Shown piece by piece: positions 8,930 to 18,060 of a stretch of DNA of 35,524 nucleotides (position 1 is the first letter of the stretch; every line of letters begins with the position of its first letter). Both the position numbers and the translations under genes were made by a program. The notes beneath the pieces were generated by a model, which searched no databases, had not been told where the DNA came from, and worked only from the letters and a program-made list of their open reading frames with translations. Source of the DNA: an uncultured bacterium (GTDB lineage: Bacteria; Schekmanbacteria; GWA2-38-11; J061); contig CAZJVM010000025.1 of the NCBI GenBank assembly GCA_964549305.1, positions 1 through 35,524 of the forward strand, read 5' to 3'.

Positions 8930-9445
8930 ATGAAAAAAATATCAGACAGAATCGGAAAAAATAAAAGGTCAATTCTTGTTGTGCCTCTCTTTATTGTCCT
9001 GGGTATTTATTTTTTGCCCTTTCACTCGTTCGCAAAAAATAAAACCTGCCGTATAACCGTTAAGGTTTCCGGCAGTAATGAATGCAGGGAAAATGTAATG
9101 GTGGAGTTGAAAGGGTCTTTAGATAAGGCAAAAAAAACAAACAATAGGGGTAGAGTTAAATTCAAAAACCTTCCAAAAGGTACATATACTTTATCTGTTC
9201 AAAAGCAAAGTATTTCCTTTTCGCAAGAGACACAGGAGATATCATTCAAAGGTAAAAAGAGAAAGAAGCGCGTAAAAATTGATGCAACATCAACAACAGA
9301 GGAAATGCCGCAGATAATTTCTCATCCGGACGATTTGTCTCAGGGCATAGAATGTCCGCAAAAGATGTATGTTTATACTTCCACGGTATATCCGATACTG
9401 CATTATCCGGGCGATTATATGCACGATAATGCCCATATGGAATAA
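8930..9445 (+). CDS. Secreted Lys-rich protein with carboxypeptidase-regulatory-like (transthyretin-like) domain; 3' end possibly frameshifted
   Basis: Likely ATG at 8930, signal peptide ending SFA, V.VEL.G....KTNNRGRVKFKNLPKGTYTLSVQK motif. Confidence 0.65.
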   Translation: MKKISDRIGKNKRSILVVPLFIVLGIYFLPFHSFAKNKTCRITVKVSGSNECRENVMVELKGSLDKAKKTNNRGRVKFKNLPKGTYTLSVQKQSISFSQETQEISFKGKKRKKRVKIDATSTTEEMPQIISHPDDLSQGIECPQKMYVYTSTVYPILHYPGDYMHDNAHME

Positions 9446-9609
9446 ACTATTACGTTTACCCCCCCCATTTTTCGTCAGAGTTTAATGCGGACATTTAATT
9501 GGCGCTCAGGACTTTTGTTTTTCAATATTAAATGGATTATTAGAAAAAGGTATGATATTTTTATTTATTGATTAGAGAACTTAAAAAACGGATTTTTGCA
9601 TTAAAAGGT

Positions 9610-10374
9610 ATGATAAAGATATTTCCCGGAAGGAAAGTGAATGAAATTATTTTTACAGCGTTTATCGCAATTTTTTTAATTTCATCGCTTTCAGCCTGCT
9701 CGATATTCAAAAAAAACTCCTCCGATTCTTCTTTTGCTACCATAGAAGAATTTACGGATAAAGGTCCGAAAAAAGAATACATTTTGCAGTCAGGAGATAT
9801 TCTTGATATCAAATTCTTTTATATGCCTGAGCTAAATGAAAAAGTTACAATTCGTCCCGACGGATTGATTTCGCTCCTGTTGATTGACGATATACACGCC
9901 GAGGGTTTGACATCGCCGGAATTGAAGACAAAGCTTTACGGGAAGTACTCTTCCGTTTTAAAAAAACCGGACCTTAATGTAATTGTCAGAAAATTTACCG
10001 GAAGAAAAATTTATGTAGGCGGTGAAGTATCCCGTCCGGGAATGATTGAAATTGATGGAAGAATAAGCGTAATCCAGTCAATTATGCAGGCAGGCGGTTT
10101 TAAGGATACTGCCCAACCGAAAAGTGTAATTCTCATAAGAGATTCAGGCGGTGAAAAACCTGTGGTTGCAAAGGTTAATCTGAAGGAATATCTAAGTAAT
10201 CCCGAAAAACAGGATATACGTTTGAAACCCTATGATGTTGTCTATGTGCCGAAATCGACGATTGCGAGAATGGACCAGTTTATGTCGCAGTATGTGGATA
10301 AACTCATTCCCGTATCAAAAATGTTCGGATTCAGTTATATGTATAATCTCAATCCCGAACTCAATGTGCAGTAG
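9610..10374 (+). CDS. wza: Polysaccharide export outer-membrane lipoprotein (Wza/Poly_export + SLBB)
   Basis: Lipobox LSAC, YILQSGDILDIKF..PELN..VTIRPDGLISL, IYVGGEVSRPG, LKPYDVVYVPKS. Start uncertain (9568 TTG or 9610 ATG). Confidence 0.9.
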   Translation: MIKIFPGRKVNEIIFTAFIAIFLISSLSACSIFKKNSSDSSFATIEEFTDKGPKKEYILQSGDILDIKFFYMPELNEKVTIRPDGLISLLLIDDIHAEGLTSPELKTKLYGKYSSVLKKPDLNVIVRKFTGRKIYVGGEVSRPGMIEIDGRISVIQSIMQAGGFKDTAQPKSVILIRDSGGEKPVVAKVNLKEYLSNPEKQDIRLKPYDVVYVPKSTIARMDQFMSQYVDKLIPVSKMFGFSYMYNLNPELNVQ

Positions 10375-10400
10375 ATGTTAACTGTAATAAAGGCAAAAGT

Positions 10401-11390
10401 ATGGAGCTAAAGAATAAAAAAGTTCTTGTTACGGGGGCAGGAGGATTCATAGGAAGCCATCTGTGCGAGGCGCTTGTGGAGTGTGGCGCGCGGGTACGTG
10501 CTTTTTTACACTACAATTCCCGCAGTGACAACGGATTTATAAAGGAATTTCATCAGGAAATAAAAGATAATATTGATATCTACTACGGCGACCTGAGAGA
10601 GCTTGAAACGGTGAAAGAGGCAATTGACGGGATTAACGTTGTTTTCAATCTTGCCGCGCTTGTAGGGATTCCCTATTCCTATAGACATCCTCAGGAGGTA
10701 GTGGGCACCAATACCACCGGCACTCTGAATGTTCTCATAGCGGCAAAAGATGCGGGAGTGGAAAAGATAGTGCAGACTTCAACGAGCGAGGTGTACGGTT
10801 CGGCGCTATATGTGCCCATAGACGAAAAACATCCCCTTCAGCCCCAATCTCCCTATTCCGCGAGCAAGATTGGCTCAGATTCCATTGCAAGGAGTTTTTT
10901 CCTTTCATACGGGCTTCCCGTTACCATAATAAGGCCATTCAATACTTATGGACCAAGGCAGTCGGCAAGAGCGGTTATTCCCGCAATCATAACTCAGGCA
11001 TTGGCTGAAGACATGATTCACCTCGGAAATCTCGATACAACGAGGGACTTCACTTTTGTAAAGGATACCGTAAGTGGATTCATAAAAATGGCAACTTGTG
11101 AAAAATCCGTCGGTGAGGTCATAAATGTCGGTTCGGGAAGCGAAGTTTCCATAAAAAATCTCGTGGATATTATTCTCAAAATTGTCGGAAGAGATGTGAA
11201 AGTGGAAGTCGATTCTGACAGAAGGCGTCCCGAAAAAAGCGAAGTGTCAAGATTGCTCGCTGAAAACGGCAAAGCAAAAAGCATTCTCAATTGGTCTCCC
11301 GAAGTTTCTCTCGAAGAAGGATTGCGGAAAACCGTAAAATACATCGGAGACAATATCGGTTTTTACAACCCTAAAAAATATATGATCTGA
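10401..11390 (+). CDS. NAD-dependent nucleotide-sugar 4,6-dehydratase/epimerase (LegB-like)
   Basis: TGAGGFIGSH, LAALVGIPYSY, TSTSEVYG, QSPYSASK, RPFNTYGPRQSARAVIP, RRPEKSEV. Confidence 0.88.
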   Translation: MELKNKKVLVTGAGGFIGSHLCEALVECGARVRAFLHYNSRSDNGFIKEFHQEIKDNIDIYYGDLRELETVKEAIDGINVVFNLAALVGIPYSYRHPQEVVGTNTTGTLNVLIAAKDAGVEKIVQTSTSEVYGSALYVPIDEKHPLQPQSPYSASKIGSDSIARSFFLSYGLPVTIIRPFNTYGPRQSARAVIPAIITQALAEDMIHLGNLDTTRDFTFVKDTVSGFIKMATCEKSVGEVINVGSGSEVSIKNLVDIILKIVGRDVKVEVDSDRRRPEKSEVSRLLAENGKAKSILNWSPEVSLEEGLRKTVKYIGDNIGFYNPKKYMI

Positions 11391-11395
11391 TTGAA

Positions 11396-12103
11396 ATGAA
11401 AGCGGTCATACTTGCAGGCGGACTCGGGACTCGGTTACAACCTCTTACCTTTACAATACCTAAACCGCTAATCCCAATAGGCGAAACGCCAATTCTCGAG
11501 CATATCGTGCTCCATCTGAAAAAATATGGTTTCAGGGAGTTTATACTTTCAGTGGGATACCGTGCCGAGCTTATAAAGACTTATTTTAACGACGGTTCGA
11601 AACTTGGCGTAAAGATATCATATTTTGAGGAAAAGAAACCTTTGGGCACTGCGGGACCTTTAGTTGCAATAAATGACATTTACCCATTTAAAAAGGGTGA
11701 AACCTTTCTTCTGATGAATGGCGATATTCTTACAAAGCTGAACTTTAAAAAGTTTATAGATGAACACAAAAAAAAGAATTGTGAAATGACCGTTGGCATA
11801 AAGAAGTTCGAACAAAAGTTAAGTTTCGGCACAGTGAGAATGCAAAAAGGCGAGATAAGGGATATTGAAGAGAAACCGGTAAAAAAATATGAAATAAGCG
11901 CGGGAATATATTTGATTAATGAGCAGGCAGTTAGAGAAATTCCTAAAAATAAATATTTTACCGTTCCCGAACTTATGAAAAAATTGATTTTGAAGAAAAA
12001 GAAGGTTGGCGGTTATCTGATCAGGGAATACTGGCTCGCAGTTGAGAATTTACAGCACGTTGAAAAAGCTGTGGAAGAAGTAGGTAAGTGGGGAAGGAAA
12101 TAA
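11396..12103 (+). CDS. Sugar-phosphate nucleotidyltransferase (NTP_transferase family)
   Basis: AVILAGGLGTRL.P.T..IPKPL, EKKPLGTAG, MNGDIL, EEKP. No CBS domains. Confidence 0.9.
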   Translation: MKAVILAGGLGTRLQPLTFTIPKPLIPIGETPILEHIVLHLKKYGFREFILSVGYRAELIKTYFNDGSKLGVKISYFEEKKPLGTAGPLVAINDIYPFKKGETFLLMNGDILTKLNFKKFIDEHKKKNCEMTVGIKKFEQKLSFGTVRMQKGEIRDIEEKPVKKYEISAGIYLINEQAVREIPKNKYFTVPELMKKLILKKKKVGGYLIREYWLAVENLQHVEKAVEEVGKWGRK

Positions 12104-13633
12104 TTATTTCCCGGATTTCTTTCCGCTGAAAATAAGCATATCCTTTGAAATCCAGCTTGGCATCTCCTCTTCGAGCAAATCCGGCTCTCTTGTCACTTTT
12201 CTTCGCTTTGTGCCGTCTATATTTGTTATGAAGATGTCCAATGCGTCTTCTGCCTTTTCGCTTATTGCCCAAAACGCGAGTTCTTTGCCGTTGAGAGACC
12301 ATGTTGGCACTGCTTCCGCGGCATTGTTTCTGCTGATATTTTTTACATTGCTCCCGTCTATGTTCATTACATAAAGGTCATAGTTTCCGAATCCGAAATT
12401 TCCCTTATTATTCTGATGCCTTTCAAAGGCAATCATCCTGCCGTCTGGAGAAACCTTAGGGTCCATATCTCCGAAAGGCGCGCCATAGCTTTTTTTAGGG
12501 AAATTTGGTTTCGTAAGTTGAACTTCGTTTTTGCCGTTGCTGTCCATTTTCCATATGCAGGCAACAGGAATTTTACCGGGAAACCATCTGTTAAATACGA
12601 TAACATTGTTGTTTCCCCAGTGAGGATCCATTTCGTGTATTTGTTTTGTGGATGTAAGGCGTTTGAAACCACTGCCGTCGGATTTAATCGTTGCAAGGTC
12701 GAATTGCCCGTCAAATCTTGAAGTTGTGAAAAGTATTCTGCTGCCGTCAGGAGACCATACAGCGCCGAAATCAGCGGAGTTGTTTCGAGTGAGAAGTTTA
12801 TAATTTCCGCCGTCAATGTCCATTACTCCCACTTCGGAGGATTCCATATCGTCTTCGCCCACCAGTCCGTTTCCGTTGGTATCGTTCGTGAACACGGTAA
12901 ATACGAATTTTTTGCCGTCAGGGGATATGTGCGCGTGGTTTTCATAATATTTGTTGAATGTGAGCCGTTTTATTCCCGTTCCGTCTGTCCTCATTGTATA
13001 AAGTTCCGCAATGGTATCATCCCCTCCTTTCCTTTTGGGAGGATTGGCGGGTTTTCCCGGAGATGAGGAAATATCAAACTCGACTTCACTGATTGAAACG
13101 GTTTTTCCGCTTTCAAAAAAGCTTGTTATTCCGCCGATGTCCACAAGGGCGAGACGAAATATCTGCCACGGGTCGAGATGCTCATTTTCATCGTTGGTGT
13201 CTTTGTCAAAAACAAACTGCGAGAAAGGAATTATGATGTTTTTCCATTTTCCTTTGGAGACATCTATGAATGACTGATAATTGGAATTGTCAGTTTCCGT
13301 AAGTGTTACGGCAAACTTTCCGGAAACGGTTGACTTGAGCCAAAAGCTGACCTGACTCGCGCCTTTCAACTCGTTCGGTTTGAAAAGCATATAAATGCCG
13401 TTGAATCCAAATTTTTTGTTATACTTCCATTCAACGCCGGATGTTTTTATACTATTGGAAAGATTGAATGAACTTTGTTTTATATCCCCAACATTGTATT
13501 TCCAGTCTTTTGCTGATGCGCCTTTTTTCAGACTTTCCGCGATTGAATCCTTGCGGATTCCTTCACACCGGGAAATGGAAAGAATATTGAACGCGATAAA
13601 TATAAAAAGAGCTGTCTTTTTAAGTATTTTCAT
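12104..13633 (-). CDS. Secreted protein: N-terminal CBM11/CIA30-like carbohydrate-binding domain plus PD40 (TolB-like) beta-propeller
   Basis: Likely start ATG 13633 with signal peptide. VSFWLKS...KWKNIIIPFSQF jelly-roll pattern, then repeated SPDG..I.F / LY.M..DGS....LT blades. Confidence 0.75.
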   Translation of the reverse strand: MKILKKTALFIFIAFNILSISRCEGIRKDSIAESLKKGASAKDWKYNVGDIKQSSFNLSNSIKTSGVEWKYNKKFGFNGIYMLFKPNELKGASQVSFWLKSTVSGKFAVTLTETDNSNYQSFIDVSKGKWKNIIIPFSQFVFDKDTNDENEHLDPWQIFRLALVDIGGITSFFESGKTVSISEVEFDISSSPGKPANPPKRKGGDDTIAELYTMRTDGTGIKRLTFNKYYENHAHISPDGKKFVFTVFTNDTNGNGLVGEDDMESSEVGVMDIDGGNYKLLTRNNSADFGAVWSPDGSRILFTTSRFDGQFDLATIKSDGSGFKRLTSTKQIHEMDPHWGNNNVIVFNRWFPGKIPVACIWKMDSNGKNEVQLTKPNFPKKSYGAPFGDMDPKVSPDGRMIAFERHQNNKGNFGFGNYDLYVMNIDGSNVKNISRNNAAEAVPTWSLNGKELAFWAISEKAEDALDIFITNIDGTKRRKVTREPDLLEEEMPSWISKDMLIFSGKKSGK

Positions 13634-13701
13634 GTGCCATTCATAACACAGAAAAGTTGATTTGAAAAAGAAGATTTGAACTATGCGACGCAAAAAAAAC
13701 T

Positions 13702-15348
13702 TTAGGGCGTAAGTTCAAATTCTCCAAACGAGTAAAAGGTGTTATTTTTGGAATCAACGATAACAAGTTTCAGATAATACTTCCCTGCCTGCACCTTTGA
13801 TGTATCCCAGTTTCCGAGAAAGTCTTCATAGACGGGGATGGTATAAATAATTCCGTCGTTTACCCAGTTCCCGCTGTCTTTTAATGAATATTCAAAATGG
13901 TAGTTTTTCAATTTTATCGTACTGTCGGGTCCGCTTTTAATTAATGCCGAACCGTAAACTGGAATCAGGTCGCCTAACTTATAAATGTTCCCCGGAGCTG
14001 AAATATTTGCGAGGTAAATGTTGCTCGCCATATAGGCAGTCAAAGACGATTTAGCCCTGACGGGAAGAAGTGGATTATCGATATTTTCCTCAAAACTAAT
14101 GTTCTTCAGATAAATATTGCTGTTGTCAGTGGAAAAAATCGGTGATCCCATAATTCTGCAGGATTCAAAAAATATTTTTGAATCATTGAAACTGCCTATC
14201 CTTACTGAGTTAATCAATGAATTTTTGATTGAAAGCTGTCCTGTAAATTGAGTGCCCAGTGCGGCAGGCCCAAAAATCGAGTTGCTCACAGATGTAAAAC
14301 AGTCTGTAAAAACCATTAACTCATTTATTCCCGAATTTTTTATGCGAAATGTTTCAGCGTATTGGTTGCCCACTCCGGAAAGATAAAGCTGCCAGTAGAA
14401 AATATGGGTGTTTTTCAGTCTTATTACTCTTTCGAATTCATAGAGAGGAAGCTGAAAATCCGAGAAATAACCGGGAGCAAGATTGACAAAATCCTTTCCG
14501 TCATATCCGTAAAGGAAAAGCGCCATCGTTACTGCGGAATCAGAAATTTTGATATCACTGAAAAAACCGGGATTTATTATCCAGTATATATTCGAATCTT
14601 TGGTGGTTATAGTATAGTCGATTCCGTTGATACCGGGACTGCCCGGTATAATTTCTACATTGGACCTTTCAAAAGGACTTTTCAACCCCGATAAATCTGC
14701 CTGCACATAATAGGGAAAGTTTAGCCAGACAGCAATTGAAGTGCTGAGCAGGGTTGCGTTGTCTATATCAATAATAGCTCTGTCACTTGGAATAATTTCT
14801 TTCGGAAATTCGGAATCAATCACATTTAGAGAAGAACTGTCTATAATGTAAGCGATGAGCCAAGAATACTTGTTTGTGTCCAGAATGGAGTTGGCAATAT
14901 CTACAGTTGACGTATCTCTCACATACATATGACTGCTGAATCCGTTTGTAGCGAGAATTGAATTGTTAAAGGAAACTTTTGCGTTGTCCACTATACGAAT
15001 AAAAAAATGAAAATCCTGAAGATTCATAATCGAAATCGTAGAATCTTTTATGGTCAGTTTCCCGTTCCCTATGACAAAAATATTTCCGCTTATTGAAAAA
15101 TTTGAATTCGAAATAATGAGTTCGCCGGAATTCATTATATAAAGGTCGCCGTAAAGGTAATAATCACCGGTTATTGTATATACTTCGTTTGGGTCGTTTC
15201 CGAATCCGTCATAGCCAACCATAAATTCATTGCTTGGACCTCTCAAAAATGCAGATGCTTCATCGACAGGTTGAAGAAGAAGTAATGCGGATATAAGAAA
15301 AAAAGGAAGCAATGATACAAAAACTTTTTTAATTTTAAAATTATTCAC
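13702..15348 (-). CDS. Secreted hypothetical protein, probable beta-helix-like repeat region plus C-terminal Ig-like domain
   Basis: GTG start, signal peptide ending ASA, repetitive I.I.NS.I strands, C-terminal WDTSKVQAGKYYLKLVIVD. Confidence 0.7.
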   Translation of the reverse strand: MNNFKIKKVFVSLLPFFLISALLLLQPVDEASAFLRGPSNEFMVGYDGFGNDPNEVYTITGDYYLYGDLYIMNSGELIISNSNFSISGNIFVIGNGKLTIKDSTISIMNLQDFHFFIRIVDNAKVSFNNSILATNGFSSHMYVRDTSTVDIANSILDTNKYSWLIAYIIDSSSLNVIDSEFPKEIIPSDRAIIDIDNATLLSTSIAVWLNFPYYVQADLSGLKSPFERSNVEIIPGSPGINGIDYTITTKDSNIYWIINPGFFSDIKISDSAVTMALFLYGYDGKDFVNLAPGYFSDFQLPLYEFERVIRLKNTHIFYWQLYLSGVGNQYAETFRIKNSGINELMVFTDCFTSVSNSIFGPAALGTQFTGQLSIKNSLINSVRIGSFNDSKIFFESCRIMGSPIFSTDNSNIYLKNISFEENIDNPLLPVRAKSSLTAYMASNIYLANISAPGNIYKLGDLIPVYGSALIKSGPDSTIKLKNYHFEYSLKDSGNWVNDGIIYTIPVYEDFLGNWDTSKVQAGKYYLKLVIVDSKNNTFYSFGEFELTP

Positions 15349-15389
15349 GGTTTCAATATTTAAGTTGTTAAAGTATTCCTATAAAGCTA

Positions 15390-15405
15390 TGCAAATTTTG
15401 TGCCA
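15390..15405 (-). promoter_or_regulatory. sigma-54 (-24/-12) promoter
   Basis: Minus strand reads TGGCACAAAATTTGCA, with exact GG-N10-GC spacing, about 40 nt upstream of the GTG at 15348. Confidence 0.85.
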
Positions 15406-15481
15406 TATTTAACATTTTGCTGTTTTTCTTATTAAAATCCTGCTAATCAATTGAAATTACAAGCTGAATAATTTTATTGGT

Positions 15482-15604
15482 TGTCGGTTAAAATACCAAG
15501 TGACAGTTTAAAAAAAGAAAAATTGTTCAAAAAACCGACAATGGCTGAATGTAAAAACTTAACCTTCTGATTATTAATGTTATAAAGTGTTCAATATCCC
15601 GACA
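15482..15604. promoter_or_regulatory. Putative enhancer (UAS) array for a sigma-54 activator
   Basis: TGTTCAAAAAACCGACA (15524-15540) and TGTTCAATATCCCGACA (15588-15604) are both TGT-N11-ACA. An inverted third copy TGTCGGTTAAAATACCA lies at 15482-15498. Confidence 0.6.
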
Positions 15605-15658
15605 TATATTTTTACTATATGAGAAATTATTAGTATTTTTCAGGAGCTTATGCAATTT

Positions 15659-17041
15659 TTATTTTAAAATTCTCCTCATGCCCCCTGTAATAAGAATATA
15701 GACAAGCAACGATACTCCTGTTGCAAGGAAGATATTACTTTTATTCAGAAAAATAAATGTAACTGCCATTATTATGCCTGCCAAAAGTGGTTTTCCAAGC
15801 ACTTCAAAAAGTTTGATTTTTATTACATAACGGGAAATATAGTAATTTTGAATCACAATGTAGATGAATGTGGACAAAAGCACTGCCGTTGCCGCGCCCT
15901 TAATTCCGTAAGAGGGAATTAACAGGGTGTTTAGTGTTACCGCAGAGATAACTGAAAAAAAATTAATTTTCAGGTCATTTTCCTGATTGTAGGAAGATAG
16001 CAGGATATAGTCGCCTACGGTGATGAAGGCGAAAGGTAAAAGGCTTACCGCAAGTATCTGCAGTGGGAAAACAGACTCTTTAAACTCCGCCCCAAAGAGC
16101 AGGATTATTATTTTATCGGCACATAGTACAGTGATAATAATTACCGGAATGACCGCTTGTATGAGGTGGTGGATTATATAATTGCAGGTTGCTGAGAATT
16201 TATCGCCGGATTCTTCATAAAGTCGGGTAAGGTGCGGATATAAGGAATTTCCGAAACCCGCAAGTATAAGTTGCGCGGCAGTTATAAATCTCAGGGATGC
16301 GCTGTATAATCCCACATCGCTTGCGGGTCTGAATTTTGAAAGGAAAAGGATATCGGTTTTTGAATATATTGCCGCGAGTATGACTATCAGAGCGAAGGTT
16401 TTCGCGGATTTCAGAAGTTTCAGCCCAAAGGGAAAATCAAATTTGAAAGATATCGACGTCAGAAGTCTCCTCAATATCAATACATTTGCCGCAAATCCGA
16501 GAAAACGGGTGCAGATCATAATCTCTATTAATTCAATGAGCCCGAAACCGTTGATTATGGCAAAAACGCTTATCAGTACTCTTAGGAGATTTTCCAGAAA
16601 GGTTATGAAAGTATAGGGCTTTATATTTTCGATTCCTATGAAAACCCCCTCGCAATTTTCAATGAGCGTTGTGGTAATAAGAATGAAACCTGCGAGTGCC
16701 AGAGCAAGTTGTATTGTCCCGTCATAATTCAGAAGGACTCCTGCGGCATACATAACCGTTGAGCAAAGCAACCCCACGGGTATTGAAAAATAAATTGTAT
16801 GGACGAGATATTTTCCAGCAATCTCCGGCTTTCCCGCGACTTCGCGCGTGAGAAGATACTTGAATCCGAATGCCGCGACAGTCTGAAAAACGGCGATATA
16901 GGAAATGACAATGCTAAAGCCTCCGAGAAGCTCGGATCCGCTGAAGCGCGCCATTACGATAATCAAAATAAAGGAAAAGAATGGCTGAGTCAATCTTGCG
17001 ACTATTAAGAAACCGGTATTTTTAAGCAGTTTTGAGAACAT
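15659..17041 (-). CDS. wzx: Polysaccharide flippase (Wzx, MOP family)
   Basis: Many TM segments, LLKNTGFL, FG...LLTREVA, KTDILFLS...DVGLYSAS, LIPSYGIKGAATA. Confidence 0.9.
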   Translation of the reverse strand: MFSKLLKNTGFLIVARLTQPFFSFILIIVMARFSGSELLGGFSIVISYIAVFQTVAAFGFKYLLTREVAGKPEIAGKYLVHTIYFSIPVGLLCSTVMYAAGVLLNYDGTIQLALALAGFILITTTLIENCEGVFIGIENIKPYTFITFLENLLRVLISVFAIINGFGLIELIEIMICTRFLGFAANVLILRRLLTSISFKFDFPFGLKLLKSAKTFALIVILAAIYSKTDILFLSKFRPASDVGLYSASLRFITAAQLILAGFGNSLYPHLTRLYEESGDKFSATCNYIIHHLIQAVIPVIIITVLCADKIIILLFGAEFKESVFPLQILAVSLLPFAFITVGDYILLSSYNQENDLKINFFSVISAVTLNTLLIPSYGIKGAATAVLLSTFIYIVIQNYYISRYVIKIKLFEVLGKPLLAGIIMAVTFIFLNKSNIFLATGVSLLVYILITGGMRRILK

Positions 17042-17043
17042 AT

Positions 17044-18042
17044 TCAGTCGTTCTTTCCGGCAAGTTTTTCATCTTGATAAATACGAAACCCTTTGTTCGT
17101 GTAATATGTAAAAACTTTGGGATACATAAAAGCCGAAATCCGTCCCGGATTTTCCCTCTTATCGAGCATTCCTTCAAGAAAGGAAACGACGATTTTTTTA
17201 TGAAGTATATGTTTTTTGATGAAACTTTTTATGTGTCCTTTAAGAGTCGCATTCTTTACCACAAGTCCGTATTTTTCGCATAGCATCGGTATATATTCTT
17301 CCATGCCCAGAGCTTCCAGCTTTTCAATGAGTATCCCGAAGTTGTAACCGTGATTTACCTGCTGTCCGCATGCTTCCCTAAATGTATAGGGGTGATTGTG
17401 AAATCCGACGGCATCCTTGTTATACATTATTTTAAGTCCCTTTTTGTGAAGTCTGAAACCCACCTCTACATCTTCGCAACCTATTCTTTTAAATCTTTCA
17501 TCAAACATCCCGTGCGTTATGAAAAAATCTTTCTTGAAAGAGATATTTCCCGTAAAGAAATACCAGCAGGGAACTTCAATTTTATTTTCTATTTCCCTGT
17601 AGGGAAGGTCGCCCCATACTTTCATAAAAGGCGATTTCATCGCTTCTCTGTGAAGTTTGCTCTGCCCGAGTACGGCGAAATATTCCGAAGAATATTTTTC
17701 GTGGAATTTCAAATGCTCACGCAAAAAGTTTTCTGACGCAATGATGTCGTTTCCGATGATAAGCACTAAAACGGCATCTGCGTTTAAAACGCCCATATTC
17801 CTCGCCGGACCAACCCCCTTATGTTCACCCCGGAGATATTTTATTGAGATCGCTGACTTGTCTGCAATCTTTTTCACGATATTTTCGGCACTTGCTTCTC
17901 CCTTGCCGTCGTCAACTACGATGACCTCATATAATCCGGCGTCAACTGTCTGTTTCAGCAGGCTTTGCAGGCATTCTTCAAAAACTTCCACTCTTCCCAT
18001 TGTAGGAATTACAACGCTCAGTAATTTATTTTTTTCATTCAC
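17044..18042 (-). CDS. Glycosyltransferase family 2
   Basis: SVVIPT, EVIVVDDG, GVGPARNMG, FDERF...GCEDVEVGFRL. Confidence 0.9.
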   Translation of the reverse strand: MNEKNKLLSVVIPTMGRVEVFEECLQSLLKQTVDAGLYEVIVVDDGKGEASAENIVKKIADKSAISIKYLRGEHKGVGPARNMGVLNADAVLVLIIGNDIIASENFLREHLKFHEKYSSEYFAVLGQSKLHREAMKSPFMKVWGDLPYREIENKIEVPCWYFFTGNISFKKDFFITHGMFDERFKRIGCEDVEVGFRLHKKGLKIMYNKDAVGFHNHPYTFREACGQQVNHGYNFGILIEKLEALGMEEYIPMLCEKYGLVVKNATLKGHIKSFIKKHILHKKIVVSFLEGMLDKRENPGRISAFMYPKVFTYYTNKGFRIYQDEKLAGKND

Positions 18043-18060
18043 CTGCGAAAGTCTCCGTTA

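Noticed and set aside
9459-9466. C8 homopolymer as a phase-variation switch for wza
   Set aside because: Short, far from any recognisable promoter, and explainable as Pro-Pro codons of a frameshifted tail.
12104-13633. Calling the PD40 protein tolB
   Set aside because: It lacks the TolB N-terminal domain and has no tolQRA/pal neighbours.
13625-13639. Minus-strand TGGCAC at the start of the CBM/PD40 gene
   Set aside because: No GC at -12, and it overlaps the likely start codon.
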